Source: Chiloscyllium plagiosum
Taxonomy: Eukaryota
Direction of reading: 5' to 3'
NCBI RefSeq assembly: GCF_004010195.1
Contig: NC_057718.1
Location: forward strand, 48,543,859 to 48,607,858
DNA length: 64,000 nt
The notes beneath the pieces are model-generated. The model saw nothing but the letters and a program-made list of their open reading frames with translations. It was not told where the DNA came from and searched no databases. Position 1 is the first letter of the stretch. Every line of letters begins with the position of its first letter. This document shows positions 26,001 to 38,439 of this stretch, piece after piece. The translations under genes were made by a program, and so were the position numbers.

Positions 26001-26537
26001 TCGAATTTTTTAAAAGCAAGGTTTAATCTAGTCAAGATTTCCGTTTATTGGGGCGATGGAACTGATATCTTGATAAGTTTAATTTGACCAGACGATGGGC
26101 AAAGGTTATTTATTCTTCGTTTATTCGCTTTCAGATCAAAGACTCGTTCCACTTCCTTTGTTTAATAATAACTACATTGTATATATTTATTTCACTTTCC
26201 TGTCTACGTGCGAGAAGTTGATTATTGTCCACAATGTGGCTTTAGACTCTGCTCCCCTGTCTCCTGCCGTGGGAGCAGATACTCATTTTCAATCACATTT
26301 TCCTGAAGCCAATTGACACCGTGCAATCACACATTTTTTAAAAAATAACCATTATATTGGGGAACGGTACAGAAATTACAATCCGTGTCGCATGCAAACT
26401 GGCGCATCGCAGAGGATGCTGGTGGACCTTGCAAAACCAATCGTTGACTGGGGCTCTCGGTTTGCACAGTTCCTGAGACTGGCCGTGACAAAGTGTTACT
26501 TCTTGTCAATTTGAAATGGGGGCCGTTTTCATTTTAT

Positions 26538-26749
26538 AAAAGCCGAAAGAACCGCGGATGCTGTAAATCAGAAACGAAAACCGAAATGGTTGGAAAAGCT
26601 CAGCAGGTCCTGGCAGCATCTGTGAAGGGAAATCCGAGTTAACCTTTCGGGTCCTGAGGAAGGGTCACCGGAGCTGAAACATTAACTCTGATATCTCTGC
26701 ACAGATGCTGCCAGAACCTGCTGAGCTTTTCCAGCCATTTCTGTTTCTG
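26538..26749. mobile_element. Penelope-derived fold-back element with hammerhead-like core
   Basis: Inverted arms ~26578-26654 and 26670-26746; CTGAGGA-A-GGGTC-ACCG-GAGCT-GAAAC at 26654-26680. Confidence 0.75.
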
Positions 26750-28157
26750 TGTCGTTTTCATTTTGTACGTTCAATTATCACTGCAGGGGGAATGTACTTT
26801 ATTTGCGAAGATCTGTATTTTTCTTCAAATCATTTGCTAGTTTTTATTTCATGTCCCTTTCAAAGTATGAATATACAGAAAGGAACAGATATTAATCGAG
26901 CGAGGGAAGGACACACACCTGAGGATAACTTTAGCCTTGCTGCTGCCTTAAAGGAAAACGTTTAATAAAACCCCAGCGCACTTGCTTGACTTTACACGTT
27001 CACTACAAACAAGAGATACTAAAGCTATCGCTCGTCTGGCTGGTCATTCCATTGATTTAAATGCTTTACTCAGGCAGATACTAACATGCTTTCATTTTCT
27101 TTTAAAAAAATGAACAGATCTGTTTTTCCCGCTCCAAACAAAAAAAATCACAAAATTACGAGAATTTTCCTGACCCACTTTGAATAACCAATAGCTCAAT
27201 CTGCTCGAACATATAGGAGGCTGGATATAAACAGCAATGCGCAACGTTATTATTTTCCATCAGTGAGTCTAAAACACAGCTCCGGCGTACGTTATTGTAA
27301 ATAAATCAGTCATAGCTGGTTATTGCTATTGTTATATCTCTTCTGCTTCAACTTATTTCCTATTTGCTAACCGAATGCAAGAATTTTGATGTTAATTTCA
27401 ATACTACTAATATTCCATCAATTTGGAAAACCGTTTACGAAAGCAAGTATATTTGATGTTCAATGGGATTTTCATGTTTCAAAACAGTGCCAGAATTGGT
27501 TGGAGATGTTACTGAGGTAATTAAAGGGTGACACGTTTTACCTTACGTGCCTGACACATTCACACTGGTAAACACCGACTCAGCTGTTTAGATATTCCTA
27601 GCCATTAACATTGCCAGACCAGTGAATGCAACATTGATCGTTCCATTTTACCGAAATACTGACCATTACCTGCTAGAACAGAGTTGATCCCAATTTGTGC
27701 TCTTTGACTGTTGGAGGTGTTCGTTGGGCCATTGTATGTGTGCAGTTATCCTAGCGATGGAACTCGTTACCTTGGGGCAATACTGTAGTTCTACCATCCA
27801 TTATGCTCAGAAATAGTCTAACATTCAAATAAGATTTCAGACAGAAATATTCAGATCTGTCAATTTCTCTGCTTATCCTGTTTTTTCGTTTTCTGACAAT
27901 GATAGGTGTCATGGCAGTCAGACCTTTGAACTGACCAGCAACTGAACGAGAAAATGGTGCGAAATTGAATATTAACCCCGGTAGGGATAAGTAAACAGCA
28001 TCACTACAGTCAAACTATTCCTCGGGTAAAACTCTCACGCAGGGATTTTGTTTCCACTGGTTGGTCAACCGTAACATAACCGAAACTTGACTGGAAAGAG
28101 ATTTCGGGGGAGCGAACACCAAATATTGAACTGAACATCTGCAAGAGAGTCATTTAA

Positions 28158-28414
28158 GACCTGCATTCATGTAGTGCCTATCCACCTTCAGTATTTAAAA
28201 GTCAACGAAGAACTTTTGAAGCGTAGTCACTGTTAGAGCGCAGGAAAAGCAGCGCACAGCAAGCTCCCATCGAGAGGAAAGTGACCATCACCAGACTTTT
28301 AAGCCTGCTGGATTCAAGGAGAAAAATTGATCAGGATACTGGGGTCAAGACCCGGCTGCTCTTTGGAATAACACCATTGGAGTTTCAAGACAGGGCCTCA
28401 ATTTACCATCTCAC
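28158..28414 (-). mobile_element. Old Deu-domain-type SINE (SacSINE1-like) fragment
   Basis: cttttgaagcgtagtcactgtt...gcgcacagcaagctccca...caggatactgggg matches the copy at 59380-59712. Confidence 0.65.
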
Positions 28415-29097
28415 ATTCTGAGGTTGATATTTTATTGTCTAAACTGCTGTCCCTTTATTTGGAGGAATACTTAATACTCGCTGAGACGAAACAGTGACAA
28501 TCCCATCCCATTCAGGACAGATAACACCATCTTGTCATCAAGAATTGCTTTCAAGTGTAAGGTGATTTGGGGGTGTTTTTTTCTCCCCCTGAGCCGCGAA
28601 TTGTATCTCCACCTTGACAGAGACAGAGACAGAGAACAGCCCTCCCGGGCTAGGCCTGTTCCACGAAAATGTAGAAAGTGTTCAATGATTTGTAAATTCG
28701 GATTTGTAGCAGCCACATGTCAAGGTTATTAAAGTGAGTCACATATCATATCTGTGCGTGCTGGGGAATGCTGCCGTAGACGCTTGTGACATAAACAGAG
28801 GAACTTACGGAAAAACAAATGGTACAGTACAGGCTGAAGAATATATGACCTTTTGGCTTGGCATGCTTATAAGGAGAGCGTTGTGCGGCGTTTATGATCT
28901 GATGACAGACTGAAAGTGCTTGTGTTCTGAGCGAAAGGAAAGTGTTAAATTTCAGCAGTGCCTGCAAGTTACAGCTATTAGTTAAGATTTAGACTGCAAT
29001 TCTTATCCTGTTAGATTACACTCTATAAATTTGAAAAACAATGCACCGACAGTAATTTAGACTGAACGTCATTTTAATGTGCTCGGTTATTTGTGAT

Positions 29098-29131
29098 TGA
29101 AAATATGTTCAGACTGAAAATATGTTCAGAC
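29098..29131. repeat. Perfect 17-bp tandem duplication
   Basis: TGAAAATATGTTCAGAC x2. Confidence 0.9.
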
Positions 29132-29779
29132 ACGCACTTGGCATTAGGAATGAAAGTTCTAGGCCAATGGCAGTGCATAACATAATCTGCAGACACTGTC
29201 TAACAAGATAGCTATAGTAAGGCTGATAATGTGGGATGATAATGTTTGACTAATAGGATTCTATTGAAGTTACATTTCAGAGTTTTCCATTAGAAATAAA
29301 GAGCTTTGGGCGGGATAAATATGCCGCGTATTGTATTGCGGCTGTCTATATAGTAATTAACGATAACAAATTACATGCACAGACCACGCTAAATGTGGAA
29401 AATTTTTAAGACATTGTGGCTAATCAGCCAACACTTAAGTTTGCTTTTAAGAGGAACGGTAAAAGATGTCAAATAAGTGGCTTATTAGAACGTCTTAAAA
29501 GAGGGATCAGGAATTAGAGAAAATAATTTCTGGGGCATTAAATACACTTGGATCATCATTTTTGTTAAGCCAAACCTAACAAAGACGGTTGACTTTAGTT
29601 ACTAAATCAGCTTAATTGGTTCAACGGTCTTTTTAAATTTACAATTTAATACCGTCATTTTGGAAATATTTCTATCAATTTCGGTGCATTGAGCTGAGAA
29701 ATGGCGATATCTTAGACATTTGGCAGCTCCGGGACATTCAAAGCTTCACTGGACAACAATTTTACAAATATTACAAATA

Positions 29780-30871
29780 TGTGGCATTAGGGGTAGCATA
29801 TTAGCAGGGATGGATGATTAGCGAATTAATAAACTGTGAGTTGGGATAAAGGGGGCATTTTCAGAATTGCAACCTGTGTATAGTGATGTGCTACAAGGAT
29901 CACAATGGTGGCTAAATTATTCGTAATTAATGACTTAGAATAAAGAAATGAATGTGCTATTGCCAAATTGCAGATGACACAAAATAATTAGGAAGGCAAG
30001 TGGTGAGGATAATACAAAGAAGTTGCAAAGGGATTTAGACGTGTTATATAAATGGGCAAATGGAATAAAATGTAGCAAAATACCAGGTAATGTACTTTGA
30101 CAGAAAGAATAGAGGAGCTGAATATTATTTAAATAAAGAAAGCTGCAGCATAGAGGGACTATGCATAAATCACAAGAAGCTAGCATCCAAATTCATGGGT
30201 AACAGGCAACGCAAATATTATGTTGGCCTTTACTTCAAAGGGAATGGAGTATAAAACAAGGGAAGTTTTGCTAAAATTATACAAGGCACTTATCAGAACA
30301 CATGAAGAACCTGTGACCAGTTTTGGTCCATTTATCTAAGGAAGAATATGTTGGCATTGGTGGCAATACAGAGAAAGTTCACAGGTTAATTCCAAATGTG
30401 GCGGGAGGTTCTAATGAGGAGAAGTTGAGGTTGGGTTAGGCCTGTGCAGTTGGAGTTTTGTAGAATGCAGGATAACCTGATTGAAACATTTAAATGTTCA
30501 AGGGGCTTGACAGTGTAGATACAGAGGGATTGCTTCCCATTGTGTGAGAGTCTAGGACCAGAGGGCATAATCTTAGAGTGCCTGCAAAATGTTTACCATT
30601 TAAGACAGAGATTTGAAAGAATTTCAGCTCTCAGAGGGCAGTTAATATATTGAATTATTTACTGTATATGGTTATGGAGGTTGGCTTGGTAAGTATATTC
30701 AAGGATGCAAGAGGCAGAATTTTAATCATTCAGGCAATTAAGGATTAAAGGGAAACAACAAGCAGAAACGCGGAGTTGAGAATGACCAGCTCAGCCATGA
30801 TCTCACTGAATGGTGGAGCAGACCTGATGGTCTAAATGGCCACCTCCTGCTCCTATGTCTTGTGATCTTAT
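29780..30871 (+). mobile_element. CR1 LINE, 5'-truncated and decayed
   Basis: RT remnant (IAKLQMT, a frameshifted FADD motif) through a typical 3' end cctcctgctcctatgtcttgtgatcttat. Confidence 0.85.
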
Positions 30872-31106
30872 AGTATTACACCTAGTTATACTCCAAGATA
30901 ATCTAACATCATAATAATAAAAGTATTCATATTTTAGGAGTAAATTGTATATAATATTAATTGCAAATTGCACTAATAGCTGGACAAAATCAAAATCACT
31001 TATAGGATTGTCTATTTGCCAGCCCATTATTTGAATGGATCCTTTACAATTACTATCCACAGTTCCAAGTGACAAGTACATGTTATTTCAGCATAGGAAC
31101 TTGACA

Positions 31107-31550
31107 TGTGATGGTCGGGATGTTAGTGAGCTTTCTTTAGTTGCTGGGCAGTGTGTTGTCCTATCTCAAAGATACTACACCCTTGAGGTTTTTCAGAGAG
31201 GGGGTAATTGGCCAGGCTCCAACTAGACTGGGTTTGAGTAGATTATTGGAGTCCTTTTTGCTTACCCCAACAGATAATGCCTCCAGCCAAAGGCTTTCAT
31301 GTCTTAAAAAAAAACAGTATAATGAAAGGGGAGTGACCAGCTAGCTGTGCAGTTAGCTTTCATTTAGATTCGAGTTAGTTTAGCAGCAGTGTGTGTGAAG
31401 AAAGGCTGTTGGCACTCTCCCTCCTCTGCCTTTCCGACTTCGTAAGCTGTAAGCTTTTTGTGTCATTTTTACTCTTTGTGCTGAGGAGTCTTTTTAATGG
31501 GGATTATTGCAAATATCTTTGGAACAGCATCATTAAGTCGGGATAGTCTG
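31107..31550 (+). mobile_element. LTR-like element, 5' part (split by the L1)
   Basis: Starts TGTGATGG, a near-inverse of CCATAACA at 37572-37579, and joins 37364 through the L1 target-site duplication. The 5' boundary is uncertain (31107-31154). Confidence 0.5.
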
Positions 31551-34500
31551 GGACTCAGCAAAATGGTGGCCATTCAGTAGAACTGCACTCCCCTGCAGCA
31601 CTGGGCATGCCAGAGGCTGCAGTAGTGGCCTCTCCAGAACCCCCGAGGGACCTGACAGACTCAAAGGAATTGGCGGCGGCAATCACAAGACTTACCGCGA
31701 AGGTTGAGGCTGTGATCGAGGAGATTCGTGCCCAGGTCCAACCCATTGCGTCCATGCTACAGAAACATGAATGGCGATCCAGGGCTTCAGGGAGTGGATG
31801 GAGGAGGTGGAGGGTCGAACCATGGCCTCGGAAGTAGCGATCACATCCTCGTCCGGATGGATCCAGGTACTGGAGCAGGAAGTGCAGGCCTTGTGAGATC
31901 AGGTCGACAACCTCAAAAATCGAGGTCAGAGGACAAACCTTCATTGAGCTCCTGGAGAGTAAAGAAGGTGGGCAGCCAGTCGGCTTCTTTGAAAACTGCT
32001 GCCTCAGTTCCTTGGCCTTCAAATCGAGTTCAGTCGGCTGCAGATTGAAAGGGCTATTGGGTGGCGCTGTGCAGGTCCGGGCTGATACAGCGCCCCCACC
32101 CGGTCCTCATGCACGTCTCACACACAGGGATAAGCAAAGAGTGATAGAAGCCTCCAGGTCACTGGGGCAAGATCCACTGGCACTGCAGCACAAAGGGTCA
32201 AAAATAATGTTTTTCCAAGATTTCTTGGCAGCTGTAATTGGAAAGAGAAAGTCCTTCGATGAAGTTGAAAAGATGCTGAGAAATCTGGGCATCCAGTACT
32301 CCATGAGGTACCCTGCAGTGCTCCGTTTCAGCCACAAAGACTCAGATTATACGTTTGACTCAGCGGATAAAGCCAAGAACTTTGTAGACACTTTAAAATA
32401 GACCAATTAGTCTGAAGAATACGGTGAATGCTCGTCCTCTTCCCCTTCTTTCCCTGTGTTTTCCCTTTTCTCTTTTATGTCTCTTCCCCTAATAATTTTT
32501 AAAGAAAAATCAACAATCTTGGAATATGTTGTTCCTATTATATTGTTCCTATTATATTATCATGGGAGATTTTGTGGGTGCCCTTTGTTGCTTTCCCCTT
32601 TTTTCATTCTTTTTCTCTTTTAGTCACAAGTAGGGGTAGCAAGGAGCTGGGGATGGGTGGAGTGCTTAGCCTGACTTTGTCTTCTTTTGTTGATTTAAGG
32701 ATCATCTCCGTGTTTATTTACTTTTCTTTGCCTAAGGCTGGGGCACAATCAGGGCCTGATGGAGCTGTGCAGGAGGGGATGGGTAGTGTGATTACCAACT
32801 ATGGGCAGGGAGGAGAGTCTCCTGTTCAAAGTTTTATAGTTGGTTTTCTTTGTAGTTTTTTGGTAGCAATAGTTGTTTGTAGTTCTGATAGTGTAGTTTT
32901 TGTATACACAATTCTGCAATTCTATGAATCTCCATTTACTTATGCTTGGTGGACTGCAAGCAGGGTTCTCCCTCCTGGGACTTCAAGGGTCTCTGAAAGG
33001 GGATATGGCTAAGTATTTTGATAAATGGTACACCTGGAACATCAAGTGAAGTCATTCGCCTGTTAAAAGGGAAAAAGTGCTTTCTAGCCTTAAGAGGGAA
33101 AGGGTCCATATTGCCCTGTTATAAGGGAACCCATCTTGAAGATGGGGAACACCTGAAGTTACAACAGGGGGATTATGATTGGGTATTCTTTTCATCCTTT
33201 ACTATCTAAAGTAGGGGAATAGCTGTACTTATCCAGAAAATTCTTCTGTTCACATTAATACAACAGGTAAAAGATGAGCAAGGGCGGTTTGTGATACTTA
33301 AGGCACAGATACATGTAGAGGAATATGACATTTTAAATGTCTACTATCCCCCGGCACATCCCCTCAAATTTTTGATTTGTGCCTTTTTTAAGTTGAGTGC
33401 CTTTGGAACACAGCACATTATTATAAAGAGGAATTTTAATTGTCTTTTGGATCCGACAGTGGACAGGATGTCTAGTGGGCCCCCAACTATTTCTTCACAG
33501 GCAAAGCAGGTGACTGACATATGTGAGGAGTTGGGCTGGTGGACATTTGGACATGTCTTCACCCTACTAGCAGGGACTTCACTTTTTTTTAAACCCACAT
33601 AAATATCACACAAGGATTGATCTTTGTTTGGCTCCCTTGACCCTTCTGGATTCGATTATGGGTTGTAAAATTGGGAACATAGCTATCTCTGATCACGTGG
33701 CAGTATATTTGGAGGTTAAGATCAAGAGAGAGGGGGTAGGTTTGCGACACTGATATCTGGATGCTTTTCTCCTTAAGGTTTCCAAATTTGTGGAATACTC
33801 ATTGAGGGTGTCTCAGGAGTTTTTGACTATCAACTCAGGGACGGCTAGTAGTCCGTCTGTGCTATGGGAGACCGCTAAGGCCTTTGCTAGGGGATTAGAT
33901 ATTTCCTATTCAGCTAGCCGGAAATGACAAAAGCAGGAACAGCAGAGTCTACTTGAGACGCAGCTGAAAGTTGCTGAGGGAGCACATTTTGCGAGGCCAT
34001 CGGTGATCAAGCTACAGGGGGTCACGGCCCTTCAGGCTGCCTTGAATTCAATACTGACACAAAACACAAAGAAAAAGCTTGCTTTTGCTGGACAAAAGCA
34101 GTTTGAGTGTGGGGATAGGCCAGATAAGTATTTAGCTTATCTGACTAGGAAAAAGCATGCTCCCCAATCCATTACTGCAATTAGTGACAGTGCTGGGATC
34201 CTTACATACGATGCCAAAAGGATTAGTGAGGCTTTTCGGAGTTTTTACTCTGAATTGTATCAATCTAAAGGTTGCGAGGACAGGAGGGCCAAGATGGAAG
34301 CCTTTTTTAAGAGTCTGGACCTCCCGAGGATAAGCCTGGAGCAGGCCTCTCTCCTTAATGCCCCCTTGACGGTTCAGGAAATACAAGAGGCAGCTAGGCA
34401 ACTTCAAAGTGGGAAAGTGCCTGGCCATGATGGTCTCCCGGGTGAGTTTTATAAAGAGTTTATAGGGATTCTGTCAGGGCCAATGCTGGAAATGTACGAT

Positions 34501-36297
34501 CACTCCTATATGCATGAATGTCTACCACCATCTTTGAGTGAAGCTATTATTTCCCTCATTCATAAGGAGGGGAAGGTTCCTAAGGAATGTGCCTCATACA
34601 GGCCCATTTCTCTATTAAATTCAGATTTTAAGATTCCTTCTAAGATTTTCGCACTGAGATTGGAGGAGGTGTTGCCCTATATTGTCAGAGGGGACCAGAC
34701 AGGTTTTATAACGGGCCGTAGGTCCTCTAATAATATTAGAAGGTTGCTGAATATGATCCAAGCAAGTCAGCAATGATCGATCCAGGGGTTGGTGATTTCC
34801 TTAGATGCAGAGAAAGCATTTGACTGGGTGGAATAGCCTTATCTGTTTTATGTCAGAGCGCGGTTTGGGTTGGGTGCGGTCTTTGCTAGGTGAGTGGAGG
34901 TTTTATATCACCTCCCTCTAGCTGCGGTCATCACCAACAGGATGATGTCTGGGAACTTTAGGATTGGCAGGGGTAGTCGTCAAGGCTGCCCCCTCTCACT
35001 GTTGTTGTTTACGTTGGTGATAGAGCTGCTAGCAGAGGCCATTTGTCAGAATGTCCACATAACTGCTCCATAAGTGGGATCAAGGGCACTAAAGATTACA
35101 CTGTATGCAGATGATGTTCTTCTGTTTTTATCAGACCTGATGACCTCTGTACCCCATCTGATACAATATATTAATTCATTTGGGGCTTTTTCAGGATATA
35201 AGATCAACTTCGCAAAATTGGAGGCTATGCCTTTGGGGGACCTCAAGGAAGTGCTAGAGGTTGTAGGTGGCCCTCACCCCCATACTTGATTGGTTATTTT
35301 GGACTAACTTTGTCACCTGCTCGACAATATTAGATAAGATCTTCAGGGATGGGAGGCTCTTCTAATTTCGTGGTTGGGCTGAATAACCCTTATTAAGATG
35401 AATGTCCTCTCTCATTTGCTTTATCCCATGTGTATGCTCTCTAGAATGATTCCCAGGTTAATGATGCGGAAACTTATGGGTTGGTTTAGTTCCTTTGTTT
35501 GGTGTCGTGGGTGGATCCTCATCAAACTTATTAAATTGCAGTTGCCTCAAGGATGGGGAGGAGTTGATTTCCCAGACATCAGGAGGTATCAATTGATTTC
35601 CCTGCTGTCCTTTGTGTGCAATTGGGCAGGTAATGATCCAGGCTCAATAGGTTGGATATTGAGGCCTCCCAGGCAAAGTTCCTCTTATTAACCTGTTGTT
35701 CATGGACAAGATGAGGACAGTTATGGACCACTGCTGGAACCCCATTGTTATTAATACAGTCAAAGCATGGAGGGCTATGTGTCAGAGTGAGGGTTACTTA
35801 GCCAAGACTTTGCCACTCACTCCATAGTTTGTATGCCAGGGTTCCCACCAAGGATGATGGACTCAGGGTTCAAACTTTGGACAGCGAGAGGAGTTTCCAG
35901 TTTGGGACACTTGTTTGAGGGGGAGGTTATGATGTCTTTTGAGCAACATAGCTGCAAATATGGGCCGCCCAGCAGAGATCTTTTCCTTTTTTTTAGGTTA
36001 GGAATTTCATCCAGAAGATGACTACCCTTCTCACTAAGCCCTATAAGCCCGATACAGAGAAGTTGTTGCTACGTGCTACAAGCACCCTTTCGGTTAGTTC
36101 CCTCTATCATCTATTGGGTGGTAGGGCCTGGCAAGATATTAACCAGTTATATGAGGTTTGGGAGCAAGAGCCAGAAGTGGAAATCTCCTCTGAAATGTGT
36201 GAGGACATATGGGAGAATGCGCAAAAGATCTTAATCTACAATAGGATATGCGCTATGCAGTTAAAAATTCTGCACAGGGTTGATTTGGCACCGGACC

Positions 36298-36426
36298 GGT
36301 TTGGAGGGATAGGGACCGGGTGCTGGCAGGTGGATCTAGATTGGTTTGGGATATCTGGTTGGCATGGACAGGTTGGACCGAAGGGTCTGTTTCCATACTG
36401 TACATCTCTATGACTCTATGACTCTA
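36298..36426 (+). mobile_element. CR1/HER1 3' tail inserted into L1 ORF2
   Basis: ggcatggacaggttggaccgaagggtctgtttcc plus a (CTCTATGA)n tail, lying between L1 codons LAPDR and SPMCPKC. Confidence 0.88.
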
Positions 36427-36923
36427 TCTCCAATGTGCCCCAAATGTAAAATAAGTGTAGGTACTCTTACTCATTGCTTCTGGACATGCCACAGGCTCCA
36501 TGTTTATTGGAGCGCTGTGGCGGGAGAGATAGGGAGGGTATTGAGGACCGAAGTTAAAGTAGGCCCGATATCTCTCCTTCTAGATTTAGCGAATTTAACA
36601 TCTTTAGATGGGCATGGGAAGAAACTATTTAATATTCTTACTTACTGTGCATGGAAGAATATTCTAATGAATTGGATGTCTGAGAACCCACCAGACTTGT
36701 TGAGATGGCGGAAATTAATTATGGAGCACATTCCCTTGGATTTTTTCACAAATGTGGTGCACCACACAACAAATCTCTTTTATAAGATATGGCAGCCCTT
36801 TTTGAGTTATTTGGACACAGATCTGTCTGCTATCTTAACTAGGGCGTACATTTAACCAGGATGGTTAAGTTTGCTGAGCCCTGGATCCTGGAGGGGGGCT
36901 CCTGAGTTAGTATGGGTACGTAT

Positions 36924-37059
36924 GAATATAGGTTTGCTTGTTGAGCTGGAAGGTTCGTTTTCAGATATTTCGTCACTATACTAGTGAACCTTCCAGCTCA
37001 GCGAGCAAACCTACATCCAAAACCTTAACCTGAGTTACAAATCTTCTCAAAACTCGCTA
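36924..37059. mobile_element. Penelope-type fold-back insertion in the L1 3' UTR
   Basis: 28-bp inverted arms 36929-36956 and 36986-37013 with 2 mismatches. The minus-strand spacer reads GTGAC-GAAA-TATC. Confidence 0.6.
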
Positions 37060-37363
37060 AGGGGTATATATACAACACTGCTGTTTTTTGTTTGGGAGCT
37101 TTGCGCCGAGCATTGTTATTTGGTGTTCTTGTGTGTTCTTTTGCTTTTTTTTGTTGTATTAGTCAGTTATTTGTTGATATTGTTTTGCACAGTGCTTGGT
37201 TTTGTTTTGTATTATATGATTAGTTAGTAGTTAGTAGACAGTAGTTGTATTGTAATTTGCATTTTTTTTATTATACTGGTATTTGTTATATTTTCAAAGA
37301 CATTATATGTTTGTAAAGTCAAAAAAGGCTTTTTTTTGCTAATAAATATATTTACAAAAAATA

Positions 37364-37579
37364 GGGATAGTCTGTTTGGATAGAAAAAGTTATCCGATAC
37401 TCTATTTTCTGTTCTTTGTGATTCATTCTGTAACTTGTGAATAACTTCTGTTTGTTTAAAACTTGGCAGTCTGACCAGCTAATTCAATCCATTATACGCT
37501 TATCTGAAACAAATAGCAAAGTTACGGTCTGGGCTACCTGTTTAAGAATGTTTTGAGGGGTCAGGCCTTGTCCATAACA
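37364..37579 (+). mobile_element. LTR-like element, 3' part
   Basis: Continues from the TSD and ends ...gtccataaca (CA terminus). Confidence 0.5.
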
Positions 37580-38439
37580 CTGTGTGGATCAGACCGATGT
37601 TAAGTACATGGGCACTGATCGCTGCTCTGGCTAAGGTAGATTCAGGACATGTCTTCTTGCCTTATCTATAATGGACATTGTAGTACTGTGGGTCGAATCT
37701 TTCTTCAGGCAGACAACTGAATACGATGATGTGAATGGAAGAAGAATACCATTGTGGAAAATCTGCTGAATGCCAATGTGGAAAATACCAGCCAAAAGAT
37801 TTTAAATATTTCTTAGTCAATTTGCTTGGAATTCAATGCCTGCATAGTTTCTGTTTGCCCAACGTAGGATCTACATTGTTTCCCTTTAAGGAACAACCAA
37901 AGTCTCTTGAGCACATGGGCAACAAACATGCACAGGGCCTGTACCTGTGTAAACAACCACACAGCTTACAACAAAGGTGCATCAGCAGTATTCCACTTGA
38001 TTACTGTAATAAATCTATGGTCAAGTACCTGTACATAGAATCCAAGATTATTGGATTATTAGGCTGTCGTATTTTCAACAATGCTGCAAGACTGCTGACT
38101 GAGAACAATCTAAAGCTAATGTAATAAATGCTATGCGAAATATTCCCTTACATTAACTCCTGGCCAGCCTTACTGTCCGAGAGTCTCACATCACATTACT
38201 ATTTATAACATCCTACTCGAACACTAGAGACTATTCTAACTATCCCTGGATAAGACTTAGTCTAACATACTTCATTATGACTTATACTACACATCCTAGT
38301 TGCCAGTGTCAGGCCAACTATTACTTTATTGCAGTTATTCAGACTGATCAGCCAATTATTAATGTTGCCTAACTGCATGGCAGGCCTGGCCATTCAGTTA
38401 TGAACTTTCTAAGATTATATTTAGTTCTAAACATACACC

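Larger units (their letters stand above)
31551..37363 (+). mobile_element. Near-full-length degenerate L1 LINE (ORF1 and ORF2)
   Basis: ORF1 remnant ends 32401 (IMFFQDF...YSMRYPAVLR). ORF2 spans ~33005-36855 with APE endonuclease, RT (YRPISLLNSDFKI, QGCPLS, LYADD) and CCHC (CPKC...HCFWTC), with many stops and frameshifts. AATAAA plus A-tail; TSD GGGATAGTCTG at 31540-31550 and 37364-37374. Confidence 0.95.

Noticed and set aside
26578..26746. Fold-back hairpins as miRNA precursors
   Set aside because: Multi-copy transposon-derived sequence with no recognisable mature miRNA; small-RNA data would be needed.
34003..34776. 257-aa ORF as a host gene
   Set aside because: Fragment of L1 ORF2 bounded by stops and frameshifts.
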